From assembly GCA_963630045.1 (NCBI GenBank), contig CAVGLF010000001.1, forward strand, positions 1 to 44,298: a DNA stretch of 44,298 nucleotides, written 5' to 3'. A program made the translations under genes and the position numbers. This document shows positions 29,719 through 39,466 of this stretch, piece by piece (positions within the stretch are counted from its first letter, which is position 1; each line of letters begins with the position of its first letter). A model generated the notes under the pieces. It was given only the letters and a program-made list of their open reading frames with translations, did not search any database and was not told the origin of the DNA. The stretch comes from Butyricicoccaceae bacterium. GTDB taxonomy: Bacteria; Bacillota; Clostridia; Oscillospirales; QAMX01.

Positions 29719-31461
29719 CTACCTCCGGCTTACGGCGAGCCCCGCGCCCTCGCGCGTGTCGGCTGCCTTGACAAAGGCCAAAAGTCCCCACGAGGCGATC
29801 ATGGAGGAGCCGCCGTTTGAAAGAAACGGGAAGGTGACGCCGGTGAGCGGCAGGATGTCCATCGAGCCGCAGACGTTCAGGATCACCTGCATGACCATTG
29901 CGGAGGTCGCGGCACAGGCCGCGATGACATAGAAGGTCGAGCGTCCGAGGGACGCAGAGCGCACGGCGAAGAGCGCGAAGGTGATGATTGCCAGAACTGC
30001 GCAGAGCGCGATGACAAGCCCAAGCTCCTCTGCGACCATGCCGAAGACGAGATCGGTATCCGCCGCCGCGATGTTGTGGAGCCAGCCCTTCCCCGCGCCC
30101 ATGCCGAAGAGTCCTCCGGACGCCGCGGCGGACATGGCGCGCACCTGCTGATAGCCCTTCGTGGACGGATAGTCCCACGCATGCCGCCACGCGGCGAAGC
30201 GCTCGGCGATATAGGGCTTGGCCTCCAGCACGAGGAAGCCGCCGATTCCGGAGCCCGCAAGCAGGAAGAGCAGGGACGCAAAGTCCCCCGAGCGCATGAA
30301 CGCGATGACGATGAACATCGCAAAGAAGACCAGCGCCGTGCCGAAGTCGGACATCAGCGCAAGCATCCCCACGCATGCGCCCGCGAGGATGACGAAGAGG
30401 ATCATGTTGCGCCGCGCGAAGAGCCGGTCCAGCGTCGCCGTCCCCGCGCAGACGAAGCAGATCTTCGCCAGCTCCGAAGGCTGCACGGACATGCCGCCGA
30501 CCTTGATCCAGTTGCGGTCGCCGAACAGCAGCGTCGCCGCCAGAAGCCCCAGCGCACCCGCCGCCGCCAGCCAGCGCAGCCTCTGCGCGAAGTCCAGCCT
30601 GCGCAGAAGCAGGCAGAGCACGATGTACGCCGAAAAGCCCAGAAGCACGGAGATCAGCCACTTGGCAAGCTCCTCCGGATGCGAGGACGCGATCACGCCG
30701 AGTCCGACCGTCGTCAGAAACAGCGCCAGCGCCTCGATCTCGATGCCGGCCTTGCCGAAGGCACGGTTCAGCGCCAGATACGCCCATCCGAGCAGCGTGA
30801 GAATCAGAAACGTCGGGATGAGCATCCACGAAAGCTTCTCCCCCGCCGAAATGACCAGCTGCGTACACAGAAGGATCTGGAACTCCGTGATCCACAGCAT
30901 GATGACCCACGGCCTGACAAGGAGCCCCGGACGCGTGCGCGTGCGCGCCTGCTCCTCATGCTGCTCCTGCGTCGACGGCTCGAAGGTCAGGTTGACGGCA
31001 TGACCCGAGGGCACGTCTCCGACGGTGAGTCCGTCCCCCGCCGCAAGGCGCACGGGACGCACCACGCTTGCACCGTTTCGCAGGATCGGATGTCTCCCGC
31101 CCAGCGGATACAGCGTCCACTCGCCCCGCGCGTTGCGCGTGACGGCGGCCTGCAGCCTGGCGACGCTTTCGTCCGGGATGCGCACATCCGAGGCCGGCGC
31201 GCGCCCTATGATGTTTTCCCAGTGCGAGAGCGCGAACGCCCCTCCGTCCTCCCGCCGCAGCAGTCCCCACAGCTCCGGGGCATACCGTTCCCGCAGCAGG
31301 GACGCGATGCACGAGCCCACAATCATGAGCGCGAGAATCACCAGAAGCGGCCGTATATACGTCGTCAGCGCCCGGGAAAGCGCCGGATGCGCCGAAAACA
31401 GATTGTCAAGCGCCTGCACCAGCCACTCCGGGCTGCGGACGGATGAAATGAAGTCATTCAT
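29719..31461 (-). CDS. FHA-domain-containing SEDS-family protein (FtsW/RodA/SpoVE-type peptidoglycan polymerase)
   Basis: Start MNDFISS (ATG 31461). One TM helix, then an FHA-like domain (NIIGRAPASDVRIPDESVARLQAAV...ILRNGASV). The SEDS core follows (VQPSELAKI, SDFGTALVF, TDLVFGMVAEELG, LTGVTFPFLSNGGSS). 580 aa. Confidence 0.85.
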   Translation of the reverse strand: MNDFISSVRSPEWLVQALDNLFSAHPALSRALTTYIRPLLVILALMIVGSCIASLLRERYAPELWGLLRREDGGAFALSHWENIIGRAPASDVRIPDESVARLQAAVTRNARGEWTLYPLGGRHPILRNGASVVRPVRLAAGDGLTVGDVPSGHAVNLTFEPSTQEQHEEQARTRTRPGLLVRPWVIMLWITEFQILLCTQLVISAGEKLSWMLIPTFLILTLLGWAYLALNRAFGKAGIEIEALALFLTTVGLGVIASSHPEELAKWLISVLLGFSAYIVLCLLLRRLDFAQRLRWLAAAGALGLLAATLLFGDRNWIKVGGMSVQPSELAKICFVCAGTATLDRLFARRNMILFVILAGACVGMLALMSDFGTALVFFAMFIVIAFMRSGDFASLLFLLAGSGIGGFLVLEAKPYIAERFAAWRHAWDYPSTKGYQQVRAMSAAASGGLFGMGAGKGWLHNIAAADTDLVFGMVAEELGLVIALCAVLAIITFALFAVRSASLGRSTFYVIAACAATSAMVMQVILNVCGSMDILPLTGVTFPFLSNGGSSMIASWGLLAFVKAADTREGAGLAVSRR

Positions 31462-31627
31462 GTGCCTTGCCGTTACTCCCGCCGCTTCTCCTGCGGCAAT
31501 AAAAAGAAGATCAATCGAAAAAAAAGGGGGAAAAGCCCCGTATGACCCCCAAAAGCCCCCCCTTGGGGGGACCCTCGGCGGGCGGGGCGTTTTCCCCCGT
31601 GCGCGCAAAAATATGGGGGAAAATCCT

Positions 31628-32965
31628 TTACTTCATGCGGTACAGCTCCGACAGGATGCGCGCCGTGCCGACGACCGCGTCCTCCGCAACGCCCGCCGTA
31701 AAGCTTGAGCTGCGCGCCTCGTAGCCGCCCTCGGCGAAGGCGGAGTACATCGGCATGTAGTCCTCGCAGCCGTTCGTGCAGCAGCAGGCCATCGTCACCT
31801 CGTACGGAGATGCCTCGCGCACGCCGCGTCCCATGTCGGTAAAGGGCTCACCCGCGAAGCCCGCGAAGGCCAGTCCTCCGACGGTCGCCACGGACATATG
31901 CAGATGGATGATCGGGTCGGCATGCGCCATGCGCAGCTTCATCTCCGCCTCGGCGACGGCCGTCGTCAGCTCCATGCCGTGGTAGGGGATCATGTCGTCA
32001 TGTCCCTCGGTGTGGAGCTTCCAGATGCGCTCCGCCTCCGGGATCTCCGCCGGGTCGGGCAGATTCGCCGGGGTCTCCAGATCGCGCACGGCATAGCGCA
32101 CGGCATCCGGACCCTCCAGCGGCTGCGCCGTGCCCCAGACGGCGAGCGCACCCGCGGCGATGACCTGTCCCATGTAGCGGGAGTGCTCATAGCCGCCGAT
32201 GGGGAAGGTGATGGTATCGGGGTCGTCACGGCTGCGGGAGACGTCGATGTGATTGGTGTCTCCCTGCGCTCCGTTGAAGTAGACGGCGTGAATGCCGGGG
32301 ATCGCGCCCTCCAGCGCGCGGCGGGCAAAGCCCGGGAAGTCCGCAGACCACTTGCAGCCGCCGATGACATCGGGATGCACCTGGAAGTTCACAATGTCGA
32401 TCTCGGGCTTGCCCTCGCGGAGGACGCGCACCAGACGCAGCGTCTCGTCCGGAGTGCCGATGGGGCAGCGGATGTCGGGGTTTTTGCAGCCCGGATTCGT
32501 GCGGTTGGAGCCGTCCTTCATGCGGAAGCGGCGGACGAAGGCGATGCCGCGCGCCTCTCCCCGTGCGTACAGGAGCTTCGCCGGGGCAAGATCCTCCATG
32601 GCCTGCACGGCGGCGCGTCCCAGCTGGGCAAAGCACCACTCGACATACACGGGGTCATGCGGGTACAGTCCCGTGTCCATGCAGGGGCCGGTATGCGTGT
32701 GCGTGCAGGCGAGGAAGACGGCCTCCTCCGGCACGCCCGCGACCCCGGCGATGACCGCGCGTCCGTGATCGGCCATGGGCTGCGAGATGCTGATCACATC
32801 GAGTGAAAAGACCAGTGCCGTGCGCCCCTCGCCGTCGCGGAACGCAAGGCAGGTCGCCTCCAGCGGGTCAAGGATGCCTTCCGCGCGCCGCTCCGAATAG
32901 TAGCCCTGCATGCAGATGCCCAGCGGAGGGGTGATGTCGATGCGTGAAAATCCGGAATACAGCAT
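31628..32965 (-). CDS. Neutral/alkaline ceramidase-like N-terminal-domain hydrolase, paralog 1
   Basis: 445 aa. Contains GFSRIDITPPLG, ACTHTHTGP, NFQVHPDVIGG and FNGAQGDTNH blocks seen in bacterial ceramidase_alk-like proteins. RBS AAAGGAG. Substrate unknown. Confidence 0.65.
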   Translation of the reverse strand: MLYSGFSRIDITPPLGICMQGYYSERRAEGILDPLEATCLAFRDGEGRTALVFSLDVISISQPMADHGRAVIAGVAGVPEEAVFLACTHTHTGPCMDTGLYPHDPVYVEWCFAQLGRAAVQAMEDLAPAKLLYARGEARGIAFVRRFRMKDGSNRTNPGCKNPDIRCPIGTPDETLRLVRVLREGKPEIDIVNFQVHPDVIGGCKWSADFPGFARRALEGAIPGIHAVYFNGAQGDTNHIDVSRSRDDPDTITFPIGGYEHSRYMGQVIAAGALAVWGTAQPLEGPDAVRYAVRDLETPANLPDPAEIPEAERIWKLHTEGHDDMIPYHGMELTTAVAEAEMKLRMAHADPIIHLHMSVATVGGLAFAGFAGEPFTDMGRGVREASPYEVTMACCCTNGCEDYMPMYSAFAEGGYEARSSSFTAGVAEDAVVGTARILSELYRMK

Positions 32966-33160
32966 ATCGATACTCCTTTTCTCTTACGGCTCACCGTTTT
33001 ATTTGTAAAGGGACACCCGGGGATTTTTCGAAAAAAGGCTCCGCCGCACGTGCGCGCGAAGCCTTTTTCCCTCTGCAGGCCGTCTTCCGTCCCCCTTATT
33101 TCAGGCACGTGCGATGCGCGAAAAAAGGGGGAGAGCCGCGGCCTGCCGCATTTATGATTT

Positions 33161-34525
33161 TCAGAAGAGCTTTTTCAGCTGCGCGACCTGACCCTCGATG
33201 AGCGCCGTCGCAATGCCTGCGGCGAAGTTTGAGCTGCGCGCCTCGTAGCCGCCCTCGGCATAGGCGCTTTCGACGGGGAAGTACCCCTCGGAGCCGTTGA
33301 CCAGGCAGCAGGGGATCGTCATGCGGAAGGGGGAACCCTCCTTCGTGCCGCGTCCGATGTCCGTGAAGGGCTCGCCGGGGAAGCCCGCAAAGGCGACGTC
33401 TCCGAAGGCCACGCTCGACAGATAGAGGTCGAAGTGATCCGGGCCGTTCTCCAGCTCGCACATGCGCTGCGCCTCGGCGACGACGGTGGTCAGCTCCATG
33501 CCCTCGAAGGGGATCTCGGCATCGCGTCCGGCCTCGTGCATCTCATGGTACTTGTGCGCCAGCGGAAGCTGCTCGGGCGTCGGCATCTGGGACGGAACGG
33601 CCAGCACGCTGTGGGCGAAGCGGACGGGGCCCGCTGCGGCGGGTGCGCACTTGCCGAAAACCTCCAGCGCGGCTCCGGCGACGGCGCGTCCCATGTGGTG
33701 GGAGTGCTCGTAGCCGCGTGCCACATCGTCGAAGCTCTCCAGCTCCAGCCCCTCAAGCTCGCCCTCGCGCGGGTCGGTGCAGACGTGGTTCGTGTCGCCC
33801 TGCGTTCCGTTGAAGTAGACGCAGTACACGTCTCCCGCCAGAGCGCCCTCGACGGTCTGACGGACGTAGCGCGGCCAGTCCGCGGAGATCTTGCAGCCGC
33901 CGATGACGTCCGGGTGGCACTGGAAGTTCACAACGGTGACTTCCTTCTTTCCCGCTCTCTTGAAGCGGACAACCTGAACGGTCTCGTCCGGCGTGCCGAT
34001 CGGAGCGTCGATTTCGGGATTGTTGACGCCGGGATTGGTGCGGATGGAGCCGTCCTTCATGCGGTAGCGGCGGATGAAGGAGACGCGCTCGGCGCGGGAG
34101 CGTCCGATGTACATCTCGGCGTCCGCGAGATCCTCGATGGCATAGCGTCCGGCATCGGCCAGCCTCGTGCCCAGAAACGCGCCGTAGCTGCGCACGCCCT
34201 CGGACAGGCTTTCGTTATTCTCCACGCCGCGTCCCACGGCGGGTCCCGTATGCGTATGCGTGCAGGCGAGGAAGATGCCCTCGTACGGCACGCCGGTCGC
34301 CTGCGAGATCAGCGCGCGGTAACCATCGTCCGTCTTCTGATTGATGCTGATCAGGTCAAGCGAATACAGCAGCGCGGTCTTCTCTCCGTCGGATACCGCA
34401 ATGCAGTTGCAGTCGAGATTGTCGAGCACGCCGTCCGCGATGCGCTCGACATAGTATCCCGCAATCGGAATCCCGAGCGGAGGGGTGATATCGAGTCTGG
34501 AAAAACCTACCTTGAATGCAGCCAT
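33161..34525 (-). CDS. Neutral/alkaline ceramidase-like N-terminal-domain hydrolase, paralog 2
   Basis: Start MAAFKVGFSRLDITPPLG (ATG 34525). Full-length colinear similarity to the neighbouring gene (ACTHTHTGP, NFQCHPDVIGG, FNGTQGDTNH, GGYEARSS). 454 aa. Confidence 0.65.
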   Translation of the reverse strand: MAAFKVGFSRLDITPPLGIPIAGYYVERIADGVLDNLDCNCIAVSDGEKTALLYSLDLISINQKTDDGYRALISQATGVPYEGIFLACTHTHTGPAVGRGVENNESLSEGVRSYGAFLGTRLADAGRYAIEDLADAEMYIGRSRAERVSFIRRYRMKDGSIRTNPGVNNPEIDAPIGTPDETVQVVRFKRAGKKEVTVVNFQCHPDVIGGCKISADWPRYVRQTVEGALAGDVYCVYFNGTQGDTNHVCTDPREGELEGLELESFDDVARGYEHSHHMGRAVAGAALEVFGKCAPAAAGPVRFAHSVLAVPSQMPTPEQLPLAHKYHEMHEAGRDAEIPFEGMELTTVVAEAQRMCELENGPDHFDLYLSSVAFGDVAFAGFPGEPFTDIGRGTKEGSPFRMTIPCCLVNGSEGYFPVESAYAEGGYEARSSNFAAGIATALIEGQVAQLKKLF

Positions 34526-34734
34526 AGCCTGTGCACGCTCCTTTTTTTCTACGTCACTCGTTATTTTTTTCGGGCGGTTTCGCTTATTTTTCGTGTCAGA
34601 GGAGTCCTGTTGCCGCAAAACGGGTTTTTTCGCTTCTTTATCCTGTGGGGGGGAGAATGGAGGGGGCAGGAAGGAATCGTCCTTTTCCCCCCTTTGAGTG
34701 TCAGTATATCACATCGCGCGCGTTTCGGAAAGGG

Positions 34735-34763
34735 AAAAAAGGGGGAAATGCTCCCCCTTTTTT
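34735..34763 (-). terminator. Intrinsic (bidirectional-type) terminator of pfkA
   Basis: A6-GGGGGA-AATGC-TCCCCC-T6. On the minus strand it lies immediately after the pfkA stop codon. Confidence 0.65.
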
Positions 34764-34770
34764 CAGTATT

Positions 34771-35739
34771 TTACAGAACGGTCATCTGCGCGGTCTTATA
34801 CAGGTTCTCATCGAAGTGGTCGGGCATGACCAGAGCCTCCTCGATGTCGCGGTCGATGATGTCGTTGTCGCTGACGCAGACCACGCGGTTGGTCTTGCCC
34901 TCGAGCAGGCACTGCACGGCATGGCAGCCCATCTGGGTGGCCGTCACGCGGTCGCGCGCCGTCGGAGCGCCGCCGCGCTGGACATGTCCCAGAACCGTCA
35001 CGCGCGTCTCGATGCCGGTCTCCTCGTGGATGGCTGCCGCAATGCTGTCGGCATGACCCACGCCCTCGGCGACGATGACGATGTGATGGTTGCGGTGCTG
35101 GATGCGGCCGCGGCGCATGCGCTCGAAGACATCGCGCTCCATGTCGACTTCCTTCTCAGGGATCAGGATGGAGGTCGCGCCGGAGGCTACGCCGACGTAC
35201 ATCGCCAGCGCGCCGGACTTGTTGCCCATGACCTCGACGACGGAGCAGCGCTCATGCGCCTGCATGGTGTCGCGCAGACGGTCGATGCTCTCCAGAGCCG
35301 TGTTGCAGGCGGTGTCGAAGCCGATGCTGTAGCGTGTGCAGGAAATGTCGTTGTCGATGGTCGCGGGGATGCCCACGGTGCAGACGCCGCAGTGCGAGAA
35401 GTCCAGCGCTCCGCGGAAGGTTCCGTCGCCGCCGATGGTGACGATGCCCTGGATGCCCATGTAGCGGCAGATGTCCGCAGCCTTCTTCTTGCCCTCGGGC
35501 GTGCGGAACTCCTGGCAGCGCGCCGTATAGAGCATCGTGCCGCCGCGCGTGTGGATGCCGTCCACGCTTCGGGCATTGAGCTCGACGGTGTCCCCGTTGA
35601 TGAGTCCGTTATAGCCGCGGCGGATGCCCAGCACCTGTACGCCGTTTGCAACGGCGGTACGGACAACGGCCCGGATGGCGGCGTTCATGCCCGGCGCATC
35701 GCCGCCGGAGGTCAGGATTCCGATGGTGTTGATTGACAT
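34771..35739 (-). CDS. pfkA: ATP-dependent 6-phosphofructokinase
   Basis: Start MSINTIGILTSGGDAPGMNAAIRAVV (ATG 35739, RBS GGAG). Contains GGDGTF, PATIDND and LGHVQRGG motifs. 322 aa. Confidence 0.95.
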   Translation of the reverse strand: MSINTIGILTSGGDAPGMNAAIRAVVRTAVANGVQVLGIRRGYNGLINGDTVELNARSVDGIHTRGGTMLYTARCQEFRTPEGKKKAADICRYMGIQGIVTIGGDGTFRGALDFSHCGVCTVGIPATIDNDISCTRYSIGFDTACNTALESIDRLRDTMQAHERCSVVEVMGNKSGALAMYVGVASGATSILIPEKEVDMERDVFERMRRGRIQHRNHHIVIVAEGVGHADSIAAAIHEETGIETRVTVLGHVQRGGAPTARDRVTATQMGCHAVQCLLEGKTNRVVCVSDNDIIDRDIEEALVMPDHFDENLYKTAQMTVL

Positions 35740-35800
35740 GGTCTTACAAAGTCTCCTTCTTCGAGATGAAAAAACAGGGCGTTTCCCCTTTGTATCGGCA

Positions 35801-36487
35801 TTACTTTCGAACGGCTGCGTCTGAAGTCTCTCCGCGGCAGAGCTCCGGATGCAGCGGGCAGTGCGCGCAGTCGGGGCGGCGCGCGGTGCACAGGGCGCGT
35901 CCGTGCAGCACCATTCTGTGGCAGAAGTCATTGCTTTCCCCGGGCGGCAGCAGCGCCCGAAGCTCATTCTCCACGGTGCGGGGCTCGCGCGAGTGCGCAA
36001 GCTCCAGCCGGTTTGCGATGCGGATGCAGTGCGTGTCGGTCACGACGGCTCCGGGTGCTCCGAAGACGTCGCCCATGATGAGATTTGCGGTCTTTCGCCC
36101 CACGCCGGGAAGCGCCGTCAGCTCCTCCAGCGTACGCGGCAGCTCTCCTGAGTACTCCCGCACAAGGATGCGGGCGGTGTCCACGATGTGCCGCGCCTTC
36201 GTGTGATAGAAGCCGCAGGAGCGTATGAGCTCCTCCACCTCTGCCGTATCCGCCTCCGCGAAGCTCTCAACGGTCGGGAAGCGCTCAAAAAGCGCCGGCG
36301 TGACGAGGTTGACCCTTGCGTCCGTGCACTGCGCCGACAGGATCACGGCGAAGAGAAGCTCATACGGCTTTTCCGAGTGCAGCGCGCAGACGGGCTCGGG
36401 GTACATCTCCGCCAGCGTATCCAGAATTCTGCGCACCCTGTCCCGTTCCCCGGCGTCCGTGCGCCGTGCCTTCTCCCGCGTATCCAT
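35801..36487 (-). CDS. nth: Endonuclease III (DNA-(apurinic/apyrimidinic site) lyase)
   Basis: 228 aa with HhH-GPD motif LPGVGRKTANLI and 4Fe-4S cluster loop CTARRPDCAHCPLHPELC. Confidence 0.93.
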   Translation of the reverse strand: MDTREKARRTDAGERDRVRRILDTLAEMYPEPVCALHSEKPYELLFAVILSAQCTDARVNLVTPALFERFPTVESFAEADTAEVEELIRSCGFYHTKARHIVDTARILVREYSGELPRTLEELTALPGVGRKTANLIMGDVFGAPGAVVTDTHCIRIANRLELAHSREPRTVENELRALLPPGESNDFCHRMVLHGRALCTARRPDCAHCPLHPELCRGETSDAAVRK

Positions 36488-36512
36488 CCCGGCCGTGTCC
36501 CCTTTTTTTGCT

Positions 36513-37268
36513 TTATTCTCCGGGCACGGTGCCGTCCGGCAGCCGGAAGAGCGCCGGATCCGGCTCCGCCTGCTCGATGCTGAGCGTCTGCATGACGTAC
36601 ACCGTCTCCCCGTTCAGCCGGTTCTCCGAGCGCACCAGGAGTCCCGTGTCGATGTCCACATAGTACTCGGACACAAGTCCCGAGTCGTCCTCCGCCACGA
36701 AGAAGATGCAGGAGAAGCCCTCGTACAGGGTATAGCCCGCCTGCGTCACGTGCACGTCCGTGCCCCCGGCCGCCGTTTCGTACTCCGGCATACCCGCCGC
36801 GGCATCCGCCGGCATCGCGCCGTCCGGGCTTATGAGGACGTCCCGTCCCTCCTCCCATGCATAGAGCAGTCCGCCCGAGCGCAGGATGCGGCTCTCGCCG
36901 TCCGGGCGCACCCAGGTGACGGATTCCGCGCCCTCGCGCACCGCGCGTATGACCTGCGCCGAGGCGCTCGCGCCCGCGTGGGAATATGTGATCTGCGCGC
37001 TCAGCGTATACGCTGCGGGGCGGGAAAGCGTCGCGATCACGCGTCCGACGTTCTCCGGGGTGACGCTGACCTCGCGGTAGAGCTCGGGCTCGGGGTCCCC
37101 GGACTCTCCCGAGCCGCCCGCCGTCGCAACGGCGCCCGCATCCGGCAGCACGATGCCCGTGCCCCGGCGGCTCTTCAGCGTATCCGACAGGATCATCACT
37201 CCGAAAAGCAGCACCAAAACGGCCATCACGAGTACGGTGACCAGCTTTGCCGTGCGTTTTCTGTCCAT
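36513..37268 (-). CDS. Hypothetical membrane-anchored protein (single N-terminal TM, extracytoplasmic domain)
   Basis: 251-aa ORF, co-directional and tightly spaced between the tagO-like gene and nth. N-terminal anchor KLVTVLVMAVLVLLFGVMIL. No family recognised by eye. Confidence 0.55.
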   Translation of the reverse strand: MDRKRTAKLVTVLVMAVLVLLFGVMILSDTLKSRRGTGIVLPDAGAVATAGGSGESGDPEPELYREVSVTPENVGRVIATLSRPAAYTLSAQITYSHAGASASAQVIRAVREGAESVTWVRPDGESRILRSGGLLYAWEEGRDVLISPDGAMPADAAAGMPEYETAAGGTDVHVTQAGYTLYEGFSCIFFVAEDDSGLVSEYYVDIDTGLLVRSENRLNGETVYVMQTLSIEQAEPDPALFRLPDGTVPGE

Positions 37269-37283
37269 GGGCTCTCCTTCTTT

Positions 37284-38402
37284 TTATTTCGCGTCGTCCG
37301 TCCCGCCGGCTGCGGCGGTTGTCTCAGCTGCGGCAGGGTCTGCCGCAGAGTCTGCGGGCTTTTCCCGATCCTCGGGGCGGGTGTGGAGGAATATGCGGAA
37401 TACGATGACGCCCGCGACGAGCAGAACGAGCAGCACCAGCAGCGCGGCGGACGCGCCCCGGAGCGCCAGCACCACGGCGATTATGCCCAGAATCAGCGTG
37501 ATTCCGTAGAGGATCGCCACGGCCTGCTTCTGATTGAAGCCCATGTCGATGAGCCTGTGGTGGATATGTCCGCGATCCGCCGAGGTGGGGCTCTTGCCCG
37601 AAAGGATGCGGCGGAAGACGACGACCGTCATGTCATACAGCGGCAGTCCCAGAATCAGGAACGGCACGCCGAAGGAGACGACCGTGTAGAACTTGAACAG
37701 TCCCTGCACCGACATGGCGGCGAGCAGGAAGCCCAGGAAGGTCGAGCCGGTATCGCCCATGAAGATCTGCGCGGGGTTCACGTTATAGGGCAGAAAGCCC
37801 GCCAGCGCGCCCGCCAGACAGGCGATGACCACGGCTACATAGAAGTCATTCGTGATGCAGCAGATGATGAGCAGCGACAGCGACGCGATGGTGCTGATGC
37901 CCGCGGCGAGTCCGTCCAGCCCGTCGATGAAGTTGACGGCATTCGTCACGCCGACCAGCCACAGAATCGTCACGGGAATGCTCAGAAAGCCGAGGTAGAC
38001 GTACTCCTCCGCGCCCAGGATGTGGAAGCTCGTGAAAAACTCGATGCGCAGACCCCCGTAGATGACGGGAATGGCCGCGGCGATGATCTGGACGATGAAC
38101 TTGATCCATGCCGGAAGCCGCAGGACATCGTCCAGTATGCCCAGCGTCACGATGATGAGGCTACCGACGAGGACGGTCATCATCAGCCTGTCCATCGTGC
38201 CGAACAGGAGCTCCGCTGCGAGGAACCCCAGGAATATGGCGAGTCCGCCCAGCCGGGGCTTGGGCGTCTTGTGCATGCGCCGGTTGTCCCGCGGCACGTC
38301 CACCGCTCCGATGACATAGGCGAATTTCTTGGCAAGCGGCGTCGTCACGAAGGCCACCACGCCCGCAAGCAGGAACGCAAGCCCCACGGTCAGATAATTC
38401 AT
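37284..38402 (-). CDS. Glycosyltransferase family 4 (MraY/WecA/TagO-like undecaprenyl-phosphate sugar-phosphate transferase)
   Basis: Polytopic membrane protein with NAVNFIDGLDGLA and HIHHRL motifs typical of WecA/TagO. ATG at 38402; the track ORF begins three codons earlier at TTG 38411. Confidence 0.85.
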   Translation of the reverse strand: MNYLTVGLAFLLAGVVAFVTTPLAKKFAYVIGAVDVPRDNRRMHKTPKPRLGGLAIFLGFLAAELLFGTMDRLMMTVLVGSLIIVTLGILDDVLRLPAWIKFIVQIIAAAIPVIYGGLRIEFFTSFHILGAEEYVYLGFLSIPVTILWLVGVTNAVNFIDGLDGLAAGISTIASLSLLIICCITNDFYVAVVIACLAGALAGFLPYNVNPAQIFMGDTGSTFLGFLLAAMSVQGLFKFYTVVSFGVPFLILGLPLYDMTVVVFRRILSGKSPTSADRGHIHHRLIDMGFNQKQAVAILYGITLILGIIAVVLALRGASAALLVLLVLLVAGVIVFRIFLHTRPEDREKPADSAADPAAAETTAAAGGTDDAK

Positions 38403-38455
38403 GGAACCCAAAGCGCCGAGCTCCCCCCCTTATTTAATGGTACCGCAAAAACGCG

Positions 38456-39466
38456 TCAGCCGCGCGCGCGCGGCACGAAGCCGACCTTGCGGTAGACCTT
38501 GTCCAGCGTCTTCTGCGCAATCCTCGAGGCACGCTCGGCGCCGGAGGCGTAGATGCTTTCAAGGTAATCCTTATTTTTCAGCAGATCCTCCGTCTTCTCG
38601 CGGATCGGGCGCAGAAGCTCCACGACGCTTTCGCCGACGGCCGTCTTGAAGTCGCCGTAGCCGCGTCCGGCAAATTCGTTTTCGATTTCCTCGAAGCTCT
38701 TGCCCGTGGCGCAGGAGTAGATCGTCATCAGGTTGGAGACGCCGGGCTTATGCTCCGGGTCGAAGCGCACGCAGGTCTCGGAGTCCGTGACGGCTCTCTT
38801 GAAGGAGCGCATGATGTCGTCGGGGCTTTCCAGCAGCGTGATGCAGCCGTCGCCGCCCTGCTCGGACTTGGACATCTTGCTCGAGGGATCCAGGAGGCTC
38901 ATGACGCGCGCGCCGGTCTTGGGGATGAAGGGCTCGGGCAGGACGAAGGTCGGGGAATAGACCTGGTTGAAGCGTCCGGCGATGTCGCGCGCGATTTCGA
39001 CATGCTGCTTCTGATCCTCGCCCACGGGCACGAGATCGGTCTGGTACAGCAGGATATCCGCCGCCATGAGGACGGGATAGGTGAAAAGTCCCGCATTGAT
39101 GTTGTCGGCGTTCTTTCTGGACTTGTCCTTGAACTGCGTCATTCTGGACAGCTCGCCGAACATCGTATAGCAGCCCAGCACCCACGACAGCTCCGCGTGC
39201 GCCGGGACATGGGACTGGATGTAGACGATGTTGCGCTCGGTATCGAGTCCGCATGCGATGTACTGCGCAAGCTGCTCCAGCGTGCGGCGGCGCAGATCGG
39301 CCGGATTCTGCCTCACGGTGATCGCGTGCATGTCTACGATGCAGTACAGGCAGTCATACGAGTCCTGCAGGGCAATCCAGTTGCGGATTGCACCGATATA
39401 GGAGCCAAGCGTCAGCTCGCCCGACGGCTTGATTCCGGAATAGATTCTCTTCTTAGGTGCATCCAT
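38456..39466 (-). CDS. trpS: Tryptophan--tRNA ligase
   Basis: 336 aa with a class I HIGH-type region (PSGELTLGSYIGAI), KMSKS and typical TrpRS blocks (VPVGEDQKQH). Confidence 0.95.
   Translation of the reverse strand: MDAPKKRIYSGIKPSGELTLGSYIGAIRNWIALQDSYDCLYCIVDMHAITVRQNPADLRRRTLEQLAQYIACGLDTERNIVYIQSHVPAHAELSWVLGCYTMFGELSRMTQFKDKSRKNADNINAGLFTYPVLMAADILLYQTDLVPVGEDQKQHVEIARDIAGRFNQVYSPTFVLPEPFIPKTGARVMSLLDPSSKMSKSEQGGDGCITLLESPDDIMRSFKRAVTDSETCVRFDPEHKPGVSNLMTIYSCATGKSFEEIENEFAGRGYGDFKTAVGESVVELLRPIREKTEDLLKNKDYLESIYASGAERASRIAQKTLDKVYRKVGFVPRARG

Noticed and set aside
36225-38495. 756-aa ORF on the plus strand
   Set aside because: It is antisense to nth, the hypothetical membrane protein gene, the tagO-like gene and the trpS end. 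It crosses several gene boundaries, so it is an artefact.
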